From contig OZ024742.1 of NCBI GenBank assembly GCA_964016885.1, forward strand, positions 353,214,001 through 353,278,000: DNA of 64,000 bases, read 5' to 3'. Positions 14,076 to 27,075 of the stretch are shown here, piece after piece; position 1 is the first letter of the stretch; every line of letters starts with the position of its first letter. The position numbers and the translations under genes are program-made. The notes beneath the pieces are model-generated. The model worked only from the letters and a program-made list of their open reading frames with translations, searched no databases and was not told the origin of the DNA. The DNA comes from Eledone cirrhosa (taxonomy: Eukaryota).

Positions 14076-14634
14076 TAATATGTGGCGACAGTCAAGTTTG
14101 CAATTTTCAACTGTAATGCGATGGGTAAATTTTGTACTTTATATACAGTGAAAAGAGGCTCCAGAATGCTAAATCTTGCAATCTGTATTTCGACCAATCG
14201 GTGTGTGGTTTCACTGAATTACTAAAGCTGATTGGTTTAAGCGTCACGGCTGGTTGAGCATGTCTAACGACCAATAATTAATGATATCCAAAGCATCAAT
14301 TGTTTTGCTATTTTTAGAAATGATGAAAATAGCATTTTCTAGTAATCATCACCATCATCATCACTTTTATTATTATTATTATTATTGTTGTCGCTGTTGT
14401 TGTTGTTGTTGTTGTTGTTAGTGGTCGTAGTCATAGTCATAGTAGAAGTAATACCCCTAAGCGTTATTATTGTTCATTTAGCTTGGGTTTGAATTTATCA
14501 ATAACATTCTTTTCTTGGATTTTTCTCTTGATTTCACTTGGGCTGTGAAATTTGTAGAATGGGAATATTATAAATATTGCAAAGTTGGAATTCCTCTTAT
14601 TAATATAATCTTCTATACACGATCATACACACCC

Positions 14635-14786
<152 letters not shown>

Positions 14787-14931
14787 GTATATATATATAT
14801 ATATATAGAGAGAGAGATTAATAATAATATATATATATAATATATATATATTTATAATACATTATGAAGAGAGAAGAAACATTTAGATATAATTAGTAAT
14901 AAAATGTATCATACCTAAACTGCTCCTAAAT

Positions 14932-15019
14932 TCCTCGACTACGTAGTTTCGTGGCATAAACAAAAACAATATATCAAAGATATAGAGTCCCTGCGAGGTC
15001 TGCCAACTTATCAAGAGGA
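14932..15019 (-). ncRNA. Type I hammerhead ribozyme, U3-A8 core variant (unit 1)
   Basis: TCCTC-TTGATAA-GtTGGCA...TGCCAC-GAAA-CTACGTAG-TC-GAGGA. Stem III is a 10-nt palindrome (ACTACGTAGT). Confidence 0.8.
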
Positions 15020-15522
15020 TACCTCATTTTACTAGTCTCAAGAACGCGTCTACACGACGTGAGAAAGAATCCCAAAAGGCGGAGGGGGAGATAGTCACGC
15101 GATATAACGGTCGAGAAACAGAGCTAAGCCTCTTATAACCACGAAGAAAATACCACGGAGGCGGAGGGGGTATTCATATCGAGGCCGTAGAAGAGGTAGT
15201 GAAGAAGGCGAGAAGTATGAGTAATGGAAGCTTTCCAGTTGTCCCCACACTTCAAAGATTGCTCGACCAGAGGGAGTTATTAATATATTTAGAAACACAC
15301 AGATACATGCGGACACACACATATATACATGAATGCATCCGCACCCAACTGTGAGTTAAGGGTTCCAACTTCACCGATGTTGCTCAATGAATGACTGGGA
15401 CAGACCAGTTCAGTTTGAACCAGACTGAACCAGTATCAGAGTTAAAAATACATTATGAAGAGAGAAGAAACATTTAGATATAATTAGTAATAAAATGTAT
15501 CATACCTAAACTGCTCCTAAAT

Positions 15523-15610
15523 TCCTCGACTACGTAGTTTCGTGGCATAAACAAAAACAATATATCAAAGATATAGAGTCCCTGCGAGGTCTGCCAACTT
15601 ATCAAGAGGA
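15523..15610 (-). ncRNA. Type I hammerhead ribozyme, U3-A8 variant (unit 2)
   Basis: Same motif, offset by 591 bp. Confidence 0.8.
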
Positions 15611-16113
15611 TACCTCATTTTACTAGTCTCAAGAACGCGTCTACACGACGTGAGAAAGAATCCCAAAAGGCGGAGGGGGAGATAGTCACGCGATATAACG
15701 GTCGAGAAACAGAGCTAAGCCTCTTATAGCCACGAAGAAAATACCACGGAGGCGGAGGGGGTATTCATATCGAGGCCGTAGAAGAGGTAGTGAAGAAGGC
15801 GAGAAGTATGAGTAATGGAAGCTTTCCAGTTGTCCCCACACTTCAAAGATTGCTCGACCAGAGGGAGTTATTAATATATTTAGAAACACACAGATACATG
15901 CGGACACACACATATATACATGAATGCATCCGCACCCAACTGTGCGTTAAGGGTGCCAACTTCACCGATGTTGCTCAATGAATGACTGGGACAGACCAAT
16001 TCAGTTTGAACCAGACTGAACCAGTATCAGAGTTAAAAATACATTATGAAGAGAGAAGAAACATTTAGATATAATTAGTAATAACATGTATCATACCTAA
16101 ACTGCTCCTAAAT

Positions 16114-16201
16114 TCCTCGACTACGTAGTTTCGTGGCATAAACAAAAACAATATATCAAAGATATAGAGTCCCTGCGAGGTCTGCCAACTTATCAAGAGG
16201 A
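16114..16201 (-). ncRNA. Type I hammerhead ribozyme, U3-A8 variant (unit 3)
   Basis: Same motif, offset by 1182 bp. Confidence 0.8.
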
Positions 16202-16552
16202 TACCTCATTTTACTAGTCTCAAGAACGCGTCTACACGACGTGAGAAAGAATCCCAAAAGGCGGAGGGGGAGATAGTCACGCGATATAACGGTCGAGAAA
16301 CAGAGCTAAGCCTCTTATAACCACGAAGAAAATACCACGGAGGCGGAGGGGGTATTCATATCGAGGCCCGACTGGTTCAGTCTGGTTCAAACTGAATTGG
16401 TCTGTCCCAGTCATTCATTGAGCAACATCGGTGAAGTTGGCACCCTTAACTCACAGTTGGGTGCGGATGCATTCATGTATATATGTGTGTGTCCGCATGT
16501 ATCTGTGTGTTTCTAAATATATATTTATAATATATATATATATTATATATAT

Positions 16553-16694
<142 letters not shown>

Positions 16695-16715
16695 AATAAT
16701 CATAATAATATATAT

Positions 16716-16903
16716 ATAGGAACCAGTAAGACCCCGACAGCTGAGCTCAAGCCGTTTCGACGGCTAATTCTGGAATTAGCCGTCGAAACGGCTTGAGCTC
16801 AGCTGTCGGGGTCTTACTGGTTCCTATTACCCACTCTACTACCTCAAGTATTGAGTACTTTGGTGCGTTATGGTCCACCTGGTTCCTTACCACATTTCCT
16901 CCG

Positions 16904-16905
<2 letters not shown>
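16716..16905 (+). mobile_element. Fold-back mini element in (TA)n carrying the 3' half of an HHR
   Basis: Perfect 55-bp arms at 16716-16770 and 16773-16827. Contains GACGGCTAATTC tg GAATTAGCCGTC-GAAA-CGGC...GCTG-TC. Its tail is homologous to 25754-25890 (minus strand). Confidence 0.75.
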
Positions 16906-16992
<87 letters not shown>

Positions 16993-17041
16993 ATAAGAAC
17001 GACCGAATTAGTTTCAGATGTTAAAGCCCTTTAATGATAAT

Positions 17042-17116
17042 GCTGTAACGCATATTTCAATGACGACAGTGGCCACCCGCTTCGGTGTATCCAGTGCCGT
17101 GACATCATCAGTCAGC
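17042..17116 (-). ncRNA. Type I hammerhead-like motif with a long stem II
   Basis: GCTGa-CTGATGA-(ACGGCAcTGG...CCAcTGTCGT)-GAAA-tatgcg-TT-aCAGC. Junction pairs are imperfect. Confidence 0.6.
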
Positions 17117-17369
17117 TTCTTACATAATTGTGTGTTATTGAATCCTTCGCCCGTTCACTTTCACAAGGAAACGGGCGAAGGATTCAAGAACACACGCTTT
17201 GTCCGTTCCCCTGTCGACTCAATTTGGATTGCCTCGGAAACATGACCGTTGCTCCAATCGGGAAAAAGTACGTTGAGTGCTTGAATAAAATTGCATTAAT
17301 GATTACCTTAACTATACACACCCAAAAAACACCCCCCACCACACCCCACACCCCCACACACACACATAA

Positions 17370-17506
<137 letters not shown>

Positions 17507-17545
17507 TATATACAAACATGCCCCTTAACATATATGTATATATAC

Positions 17546-17622
<77 letters not shown>

Positions 17623-17644
17623 GAGAGGTAACATCCCGACCGCG

Positions 17645-17694
<50 letters not shown>

Positions 17695-17928
17695 TAGTGA
17701 TTATAGTTTTGGGCCTGCAAACGGCAGGTTATTATTTCGCTTCGTAGACCGTGTAATGTGTAGTGTCCTTAAGCATGACATCGGTGGTGTGGAGGGGAGA
17801 GTCAAGTATACAAGGATGACCGCTAGACATTCAAAAACAAACTTGACCGGACTTCTGCCTCGAAGGTGTAATTACTCATTGCAAATATTATGGCCATTTA
17901 TGACCGAAGAGTTTGTTTACCTTTTGTA

Positions 17929-18817
17929 CGACATGTCAGAAAGGTTCCAGGACTGATGTCACAAAGGATTATTTCAAACCCAAACTTCACACTAAGATTT
18001 TTCTCCTTCAAAGTAACCCCTGGAGTATGTAACTGTAATTATACCTCTCTGCGGCGATCAAACCTTTTTCTTCATAATTTCATATACATGTCCTCTATTT
18101 CAGGTCGTCAAGCAATGAGCATAGAGCAACGAACAAACTTGAAAACTCCGTCAGAAGCACTAGAATTTCTGCAGCAAGTGTATGGATATGAGACGACCTC
18201 AGGCCCACGTGTTTTTGAGTTTATGCAAGAGGTTTAAAGAAAGATGCGAGGACGTGGAAGATAACCCCAGGGCGGAAGGCGCTCAACAACCAGGACTAAG
18301 GTTGACGTTGAGCGCGTCAGGCAGATGGTGCGTGGCGATCGTCAGCTGACTGTTCGACTGATGGCAAATGAGCTGTGCATGAATCGGAAGAGCGTCTGGA
18401 AGATTTTCACTGAACATTTGGACATGCAGAAAGTCTGCGCGAAGAGGTGCCAACACTGCTAAACGATGACCAGAAGGGTCGACGCATGCAAGTGTGCCAG
18501 GACATCCTTGACCCTCTTGAAACCGAACCAGACTTGTAGGGACAGTCATCACCGAAGTCGAGTCATGTATTTTCGAGTACGATCCGGAGGGACCCGTTTT
18601 TTAAGACGTGGACGACATCAAACAGGGCGTGACGACGGAACTGCGGAGGATCCTGGAAGAATCCTTCCAGGAGTGCATGCACGCGTGGCAGAAAAGAATG
18701 GAAAACTTCATTAGACTCCAGGGGGATTACTTTGAAGGGGAAACCTCTTAGTGTGAATTTTGGGTTGGAAATAAATCTTTTGTGACATCAGTCCTGGAAC
18801 TTTTCTGACACACCTCG
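17929..18817 (+). mobile_element. Tc1/mariner DNA transposon, internally deleted
   Basis: TA-flanked inverted termini (TGTCAGAAAgGTTCCAGGACTGATGTCACAAA and its reverse complement). Transposase remnants MSIEQRTN..LQQVYG, KVCAK and WQKRMEN..QGDYFEG. The catalytic core is missing. Confidence 0.85.
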
Positions 18818-19011
18818 TATATACATACACACACACACACACACACATACACACGCACACACACACACACACATATACACACATATATATATATATATAT
18901 ATATTCCCACATTACTATGAATAACACTTAATGTGTTTCCACTATCAGTGAATTTGTGACCGATAAGGTGTGATTATCATGGATATGTCTTTATTTATAA
19001 AACACACTTTG

Positions 19012-19076
19012 TATTTTATCTGATGAAAGTGCACCAAGTTTGCCTTGGTTGCCCTTGAAATATATATAATAACATA
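19012..19076 (+). ncRNA. Type I hammerhead ribozyme in a ~215-bp element (18905-19120) between (TA)n tracts
   Basis: TATtTTAT-CTGATGA-AAGtGCA CCAAG tttgc CTTGG tTGCcCTT-GAAA-tatata-TA-ATAAcATA. Confidence 0.75.
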
Positions 19077-19119
19077 ATTATGGTTTTATAAATATAGTTT
19101 CCATTTTTTTAATATCTTG

Positions 19120-19181
<62 letters not shown>

Positions 19182-19183
<2 letters not shown>

Positions 19184-19572
19184 TAGTTAGTTAACGTTGT
19201 TGAGCGACTCAACAACGTTAACTAACTACCTGAGGAACGAACTACTAACTGAGGAACGACTCAAACGTGACTAACCCCACTGAAAAGTTTCGTGAAATAG
19301 TATGTTTAAGACTATATAGTGCATTTAGAGATTTTTCCAAATTGACGGATAAGTATTTACTCGTAATCATATTTTGAGTTAAGATTTAAATGGTTTTTTC
19401 CCCGGATTACACACATTCTGTGGATAACATTTCTGGTCTTGACTTGTTTTGAATTGGGATTAAATTATTTTCCCATATCTTACGTTAACTATTTTTCATC
19501 TTGACGTATTAGTCACTTATATGTCCGAATTAGTGTTGGCTTCTTGCTTACATTAATTTCTCTATTTTCATT
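19182..19572 (+). mobile_element. Solo diverged relative of the 629-bp repeat, with a 5' hairpin and an HHR
   Basis: 23-bp perfect hairpin at 19182-19230. CTGAGGA-ACGA...TCGT-GAAA-TAGT..ACTA-TA at 19249-19316. Downstream sequence aligns by eye with 46666-46925. Confidence 0.75.
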
Positions 19573-20337
19573 TATATATATATATATACACACACACATA
19601 TATATTTATTAAAACGTCATCTACGTTAATATTACCACTAATCCTAAACAGAAAAATTGGTAATTGTACATATACCTTCATACATCCGCCAAACTATATC
19701 TTACACATGTGTTACTATATCTTACACATCTAGTCACATGGGTTACGCTAAACTTAAAGTCACTTCTCATTTTGAAATTATATGAAATTATATGACAAAA
19801 ATGGAAATTATAGGGAAAAAATATATTGCCCTTTCTATATTCGATCATCTACGTAAAATAATGTTTCCAAAATGTAACTGATATCGCCTTTATCAAATGT
19901 CAGTGTTTGACATTTGAATTATCAGCGAAGGAAAACATGTTTCATGTGAAGTGACATTGGAATTATAGAATTAATTACTATAGTGAAGTATAGAGTAGTT
20001 ATCTAATCTGTCACAAGCCCAACATTACATGTCATAATTCGACTTGAACATACAACATAAAATATGTTTTTTCTATACTCGACTTCGTGTTATATTCAAA
20101 TGTTCTTGCATTTCATTCTTGAAAATGAAGGATAGTAACATTGTACAATAGCATAATGTCAAATGTATGTTCTTAGGTTCATTATGTTTAACATGTTTAT
20201 CACTTGTATATTACATAGCGTAATAGCAATAGCGTATATACCTTTTGTAGAAAGTCAATTTTACTAGGCACATTGAATGATTCGAGACCGTGAAAACAGG
20301 CATAAATATTTTAGCAGACTATACACAAGTAAAATAA

Positions 20338-20752
20338 CTGTTTCTACTTTAGGCACAAGGCCAGCAATAACCCAGTGTATTACTGGTACTTTATGTTATC
20401 GACCTTGTGAGGATGTAAGGCAAAGTCAACCTCAGCGGGATTTGAACTCAGATCGAAAGGGACGTAACTATGCTGGAAAGCATGGCGTCCGAACCTCTAC
20501 CATTACTGCCAATCCACCGCCTATACACAAGTAAAATAATGGTTTCTTACATAGGCACAAGGCCAGCTATTTTGGGGGAGGGGAAAGTCGATTATATCGA
20601 CCCCAGTGCGTGACTGGTATTTTATTTTAAGGACGAAGGATGAAAAGCAAGGATGTAAGGATGAAAAGCAATGTTAACTCATATCGTAAAGGGCCGCAAC
20701 TCAATGGTGGAAATCATAGCGTCCATCCTACCGATACTACCAATCCATCACC
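20338..20752 (-). mobile_element. Two adjacent tRNA-derived SINE copies (Octopus-type SINE)
   Basis: Minus-strand A box TGGCAGTAATGG and B box GAGTTCAAATCC. Shared body AGGCACAAGGCCAGC...AGGATGAAA. 19-bp direct repeats at 20319, 20521 and 20753. Confidence 0.8.
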
Positions 20753-21971
20753 CTATACATAAGTAAAATAATGTTCTTGTTTCGATCAATTTCCTGTGTA
20801 ACAATTACAAATACAATTAGTACTACCTTAAACATTTATGCCATATGCCGTTTTCCTCTAATGTGGGTTAATTAATAATTAGAGCCCTTATCTATATGTG
20901 TCGGGCTTAGACAGGAACGCAGTCGTTGGTGATCTACAGCTCTTCAATGTACTGCTCATCGAACATTCAACCAACGAATCCGATTCTGTGGGAGGTTGAT
21001 AATAGCAGCTCTACTATGTAAAAATATAAGCGGCTGTACTAGGTACAAATTGTCGGATTGGAATTGTAATGCTTACCAGCTTTATATAGGGATTCGAAAC
21101 TTCTTTTGCGGATGCCCGAAATCTCCCTACAAAAATTGGCAGCACAATTTATGAGGAAAGAAACCAAGAAATGGCGCGATTTGAACATTCTCAGGGCCAA
21201 AACTCTGCTCACCGACCAGTTTAACTTTTCGCCAAAGGTGTTAGCAGTGAGGTTGGCATTTGCCATGAATCTAGTAGGGGAGATATACATTTGGCATTCA
21301 TATTTGACCAGACATATGCATGTCAACCTACACCTGATGCGTTAGTTCATATGAATTTTAGAGAGTAAACCTCGTTGAGGTATAGCGTTGATCAATTTGT
21401 ATCACTCCAAATATGCTGATCATCGCTACATGGAAACTGTCAGTAAGCAAAGGTTTCGGTCCCAACCTCAGTGGCTGGGTCCTCCGAATACGCATCTGTG
21501 GTCAGAATATAGAGTCATTTCTCGCAACCGTTTCATTTCTCATGGTTACTCCCCCGCAGATATCCTCTATTTGCAGATTAACGTAACGTGAGGATTGTAA
21601 CTTACACATGTGTTATTACTAAATTTAGATTGAGATTTATAAATGATGATGTAAATCAAAACATCAAAAATACAGAAGTCAGAACATTGCACACCATATT
21701 GTAAAAGGCAAAGCCAAGCACTAGCGACATTTATTTTTATGCAGCTTGGATATAATATATGAATACACAAATGATGGAAAAATACTTGCTGTTCCTAAGG
21801 CACTCAACACTGGAATCTGCAATATTATACGATCCATAATACTGATAAATCACTACCTGTAAGATCTTCTAACGAAATTGCTGTCGATATTAGTTTCCCC
21901 TGCAAAAATATAAATATGTTTCTTTTTCTCCATTTTCGAACATAAGATCACTGGTTGTGACTTGATGATAA

Positions 21972-23605
21972 CACTGCTTTGTAATCACTTTTTTTGTTGC
22001 TTAGGTCCCAAATAAATAAGTAAGTGCTATTAAACAGTTAAAAATTCTAAGCTATTCACTAGAATTATTTGTATGCTGGATTTTACGTTGTATGTAACTT
22101 TGTTTATGCTAAATGATTGTTTTTATATATGTTTCAGGTTAAATTAAAATTATAAAACAAAGAGTAATACCTAAAGAAAATTATAAAAGTGCAATAAAGT
22201 ATAACATTGTTAAAAAGTGGATTAAAGTGATTTATTGATTCTAGATTTTCGCTCCCTGAATAAAGGGTACGTTGTGTATTAAGCATTCGTCTCCAGGATG
22301 TAGCAGTGGAACTTGGTCAAGGAGGAAGTGCAGGTCAGAAGTCAGAGAAGTTGACACGAACCTTTCTCAGGGTTTTACTCTCTTAGGGATGACATCTGCT
22401 TCTGCCATGACGTGCCTGGACTGTTTGACCTTATTCGGGTGTCGTTTGTGCCCAGGGAGTGGTGGCTATTTATAGACAACTCCACCACAAGTTTGAAGGC
22501 TGTCCTCCTCCACAATTGAAACAAGTTCCCGACACCGCCCCTTGCTCATTCAGCTGCCTGACGGAAGATTACTACAGTGTGAAAGTCCTCTTGGAAGTTC
22601 TGCAATACAACCAGTACAATTGGGAAATCATTGGAGACTTCAACACAGTGGCTTTTCTGCTTGGACTCCAAGGAAGCTTTACCAAATTCCAATGCTTCCT
22701 CTGCCTTTGGAACAGCAGAGCCACCTCTGACCACTACAAAAGAAAGAACTGGGAGCACCGAACAGAATTTGTAGTTGGGACCCTCATGTGGGAGCGACTG
22801 GTTGATCCCAGGATTGTGCTCATGCCGCCACTGCACATTAATTTGGGGTTGATGAAGCAGTTTGTGAAGGCTCTCAACGAAGAATCAGCCGCTTTTAAGT
22901 AGCTTCTTGAGTTATTCCCCAAGTTATCTGAGGCCAAAATCAAAGGTGGGATTTTTGTTGCACCTCAGATAAAGAAGGTGTTATTTAGAGAAAGGCATGG
23001 AACTATTTCAAGGGCTTCCTGGGCAACTAGACAGCTGAAAACTACCAGCAACTGGTGCAGAATCTGATAAAGGCTTTTGGCGCCATGGGATGCAGGTTGT
23101 CGCTTAAACTCCACATGCTGGACGCTCACCTGAAACAATTCAAGGAGAATATGGGCGCCTACTCAGAAGAACAAGGTGACCGATTCCAGCAAGATGTGAA
23201 AGAGATAGAGCGGAGGTACCAGGGCCACTACAATGAAAATATGATGGGGGACTATATATGGGTGGTTGCGGGAATGCGACCTGGACTACAACCGCAAATC
23301 CAGGAAATCCAGTCATTTCTGACGTGTATAAGTTGCTTTATAAGTGTTATTTGTTTTTACTTGTCTGCTTTTGATAAGCTTGTGTAATAGAATACATATA
23401 TACTCTGTTGATTTAATTATGTGAACTGATACATTTAAAAAAAAAATGTGTTTTTTCTTGAAAAATATGAACATTTGAAATATCAAACTTCTGACCACAA
23501 ACTCAAACTTCTGATTAAATAATAATGTTTTTTTAGTAATAATGGGATATAATAAACCATGAAATGACACTTAGAACTGGGGAAGAAACAATATGTTACA
23601 CGGTG
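21972..23605 (+). mobile_element. DNA transposon relic, probably Chapaev3 (CMC superfamily), with a decayed transposase at ~22450-23290
   Basis: Motifs WEIIGDF..VAFLLGLQ, CFLCLWNSR, PPLHINLGLMKQFVKAL and YSEEQGDRFQQD..ERRYQG. 3' end GTTACACGGTG. The left boundary is uncertain and the family name is from memory. Confidence 0.65.
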
Positions 23606-23696
23606 TAATTCAGTTGAACAGAAAGCCAAATCAAATACTAATAATAACATTGACACCACCATGAACACTACCACCACCAACAACAACAACAATAAT

Positions 23697-23852
23697 GATT
23701 TCTACTATAGGCACAAGGCCAGATCATTCTTTGGAGGAGGGAAAAGTCGATTTTAAATCGATACCAGTGAATTACTGGTGCTTTATTTTATCGACCCCGT
23801 AAGGATGAAAGACAAAGCTAACCTCGGTAGGATTTGATCTCAGAACGTAAAA
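23697..23852 (-). mobile_element. tRNA-derived SINE copy, 5' truncated
   Basis: Same body as the SINE at 20338-20521. Confidence 0.75.
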
Positions 23853-24159
23853 GGTTCTGACACTATGATGCAAAACAATAATATTAATAATGTAAGACCT
23901 CGAAATAGAAAGCAACCACATGTAGAGGATGACCACAAACACTATCCCTGTGGTAATAGGAGTATCCAGGGAATCAGACGTACACTTCAGCGTCCTTCTC
24001 TGCGGATTAGCAAATATGAGCTATAGACGATCGGGAGATTTCCTACTGTACACCTTTTCAGAAGATCTCGCTACAATGAAAACGTCCATTGCTCTAGGTT
24101 CAACGCCATAATCCGGTAATAGAGAAACAACAGTTCTAAATGAAATGTCACACCAATAA

Positions 24160-24322
24160 TTGTTTCTACATTTGGTACAAGGCCAGCAATTACTCAGTGC
24201 ATTACTGGTTCTTTATTTTATTGACACTGTAAGGATGAAAAGCAAATTAACCACGGCGGGATTTGAACTCATAATGGCAAGGGCCGGAACTCTATGCGTC
24301 AATGCATGGCATCCGACCATGC
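24160..24322 (-). mobile_element. tRNA-derived SINE copy
   Basis: Same body. B box appears as GGATTTGAACTC on the plus strand. Confidence 0.75.
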
Positions 24323-25390
24323 TTTGAAACATTATCACACTACTAATAAAAACAAACAAAACAACAACAACAACTGCAATAATAATAACTTTGTTCAAGT
24401 AGTTTTTATGTTAAATCCAATTAAGGAATCTATTATTTTCTCGTCTTTTTTTCCGGAACTCGTAGGAAGGTATTAAATTTTATTTTGAGTAGAATTATAT
24501 TTGAATATATGAGCAGTGTCGGTTTCCTGTAGTAGAGAGTTTCTCAAATAATATCATGCTTCAGCTATTTTATATATGCCGTTTCTATTAACACAATATT
24601 GTTTTATGTATATTGTTCCTATTATAGGAATTGTTGTCATTATTTGCATTTAGAACGTTTATTTTATATAATCCTCAGATGCACAAAAACTGTCAAATTT
24701 AGGTGCAATGTTTTAACGCCATATATTCATTTTACCACTTTTTTTCTTTCTGGGGACGTTTTTGTGTACAGAATAAATAAACAAACTGACGGAACACATT
24801 CAATATGTGTATGCAATTGTTTCGTATACATTTATATTTAATATGTGAAGTGCGTTTCCGAGTTTTTGTTTCTTTAGAAATAACGAGAATCTTCGTGAAG
24901 CTCCTCATTGTTTTTATATACACTGCTTCATACAAAAACTACAGCTGTGAAATAAATACGATATAGCGCTTTATTTCATTTATGTAATACTCCAACAATT
25001 TTATCTTCGAATAAATTCAATTTTTGCCGACCATTTTTTTTGTGCAAGCAATGATATTAAATGATTATTATCCACATCACCCTTATGTAGATATTATCTT
25101 CTTCACCATCATATATATTATTCACACCACGCCAAATAACGGAATATATTCTCAAGTGTGTAAAAAACAGTATACAGAAAATATCATAGCACAGCGATAT
25201 ATCACCACATCGGCTTCCTTAAAAATTTCTTTTTAAATAATACCTCTTAGTAGTGAATGCAGTGAATCGATAACATGTCCTAAATTGATTGCGTTTATTG
25301 TCTCCCGCGGGAATAGACGTGTATGTATAACGATAATAAATATATTGGAGCCAATTATGTCTTTATTTCGATGGGGCTAATACACATTAT

Positions 25391-25602
25391 ATACATATCT
25401 ATATATATATATTGGTAAACGGAAAAGAAAATGCTGACAAATTGTTCACAGTGAAAAATAGTTTAATTAGGAATAAGTGAGAATTAGTAATAATATTGGT
25501 TAGTATTCAGTTTTGGTTTTAAATTTTACCGGTTGCGCATATCTAATGCTGTTCAAAAATAATTTTGAGATAGAGCGTCCGTGATGTTTGCTCTAATCAA
25601 TA
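25391..25602 (-). mobile_element. Solo pseudo-LTR fragment of the PLE2 family
   Basis: Diverged reverse complement of ~34875-35077. Flanked by TA tracts. Confidence 0.7.
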
Positions 25603-25616
25603 ATATATATATATAA

Positions 25617-26592
<976 letters not shown>

Positions 26593-26751
26593 TGTTTCAT
26601 CATAGGTTTTCAGATAAGAAATCTCGCAAAACAAATTCAAAAACGAATTATATATACACACACACACACACACATACACACACATATACACACACACACA
26701 CACACACGCACATACACACGCACACATACACACACACATACATACACACAT

Positions 26752-26824
<73 letters not shown>

Positions 26825-26834
26825 TATATATATA

Positions 26835-27075
26835 TCTACCATCTGAGTGAGTTTCTTGATCAGTGTCAAAGTCTCAGACCCGTACAGCAGCACAGACTCC
26901 ACTACAGCACGGAAGAGGACACATTGGAACAGGAAGAACAAAGTTAACGTAGGTTGATGCCCTAAGGACAGACAATGGTCTATTGGAGACGCAGGACATA
27001 GCAGCGTTAATGAGGGACAGAGACCGCTGTAGAGGACCCGTCCATGGATCTCGGGAATTGTACCCGCCCTAGAAG
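26835..27075. mobile_element. RTE-clade LINE fragments in opposite orientations
   Basis: Minus strand encodes LFRAVVESVLLYGSETLTL. The plus strand at 26960-27070 resembles the reverse complement of 27621-27730. Confidence 0.6.

Larger units (their letters stand above)
14856..16521 (-). mobile_element. ORF-less 591-bp tandem repeat (~2.6 units) plus an inverted terminal segment; retrozyme/pLTR-type element
   Basis: Units start at 14856, 15447 and 16038 and are near-identical. 16371-16521 is the reverse complement of ~15875-16025. Flanked by (TA)n. One HHR per unit. Confidence 0.85.

Noticed and set aside
15095-15913. Repeated 75-aa ORF in the 591-bp units
   Set aside because: It is short, starts in low-complexity sequence, has no recognisable motif, and recurs only because the unit is repeated.
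14856-16368. Tandem repeats read as a CRISPR array or a simple satellite
   Set aside because: There is no repeat-spacer pattern, no cas genes, and the context is eukaryotic. The HHR and inverted end point to a retroelement.
20440-20521. A-box and B-box sequence as a tRNA gene
   Set aside because: No cloverleaf is visible, and it is the head of a multi-copy SINE.
21106-21345. VRLAFAM resembles a PIF1/Helitron helicase motif
   Set aside because: Only about 7 residues match and no flanking helicase motifs are present.
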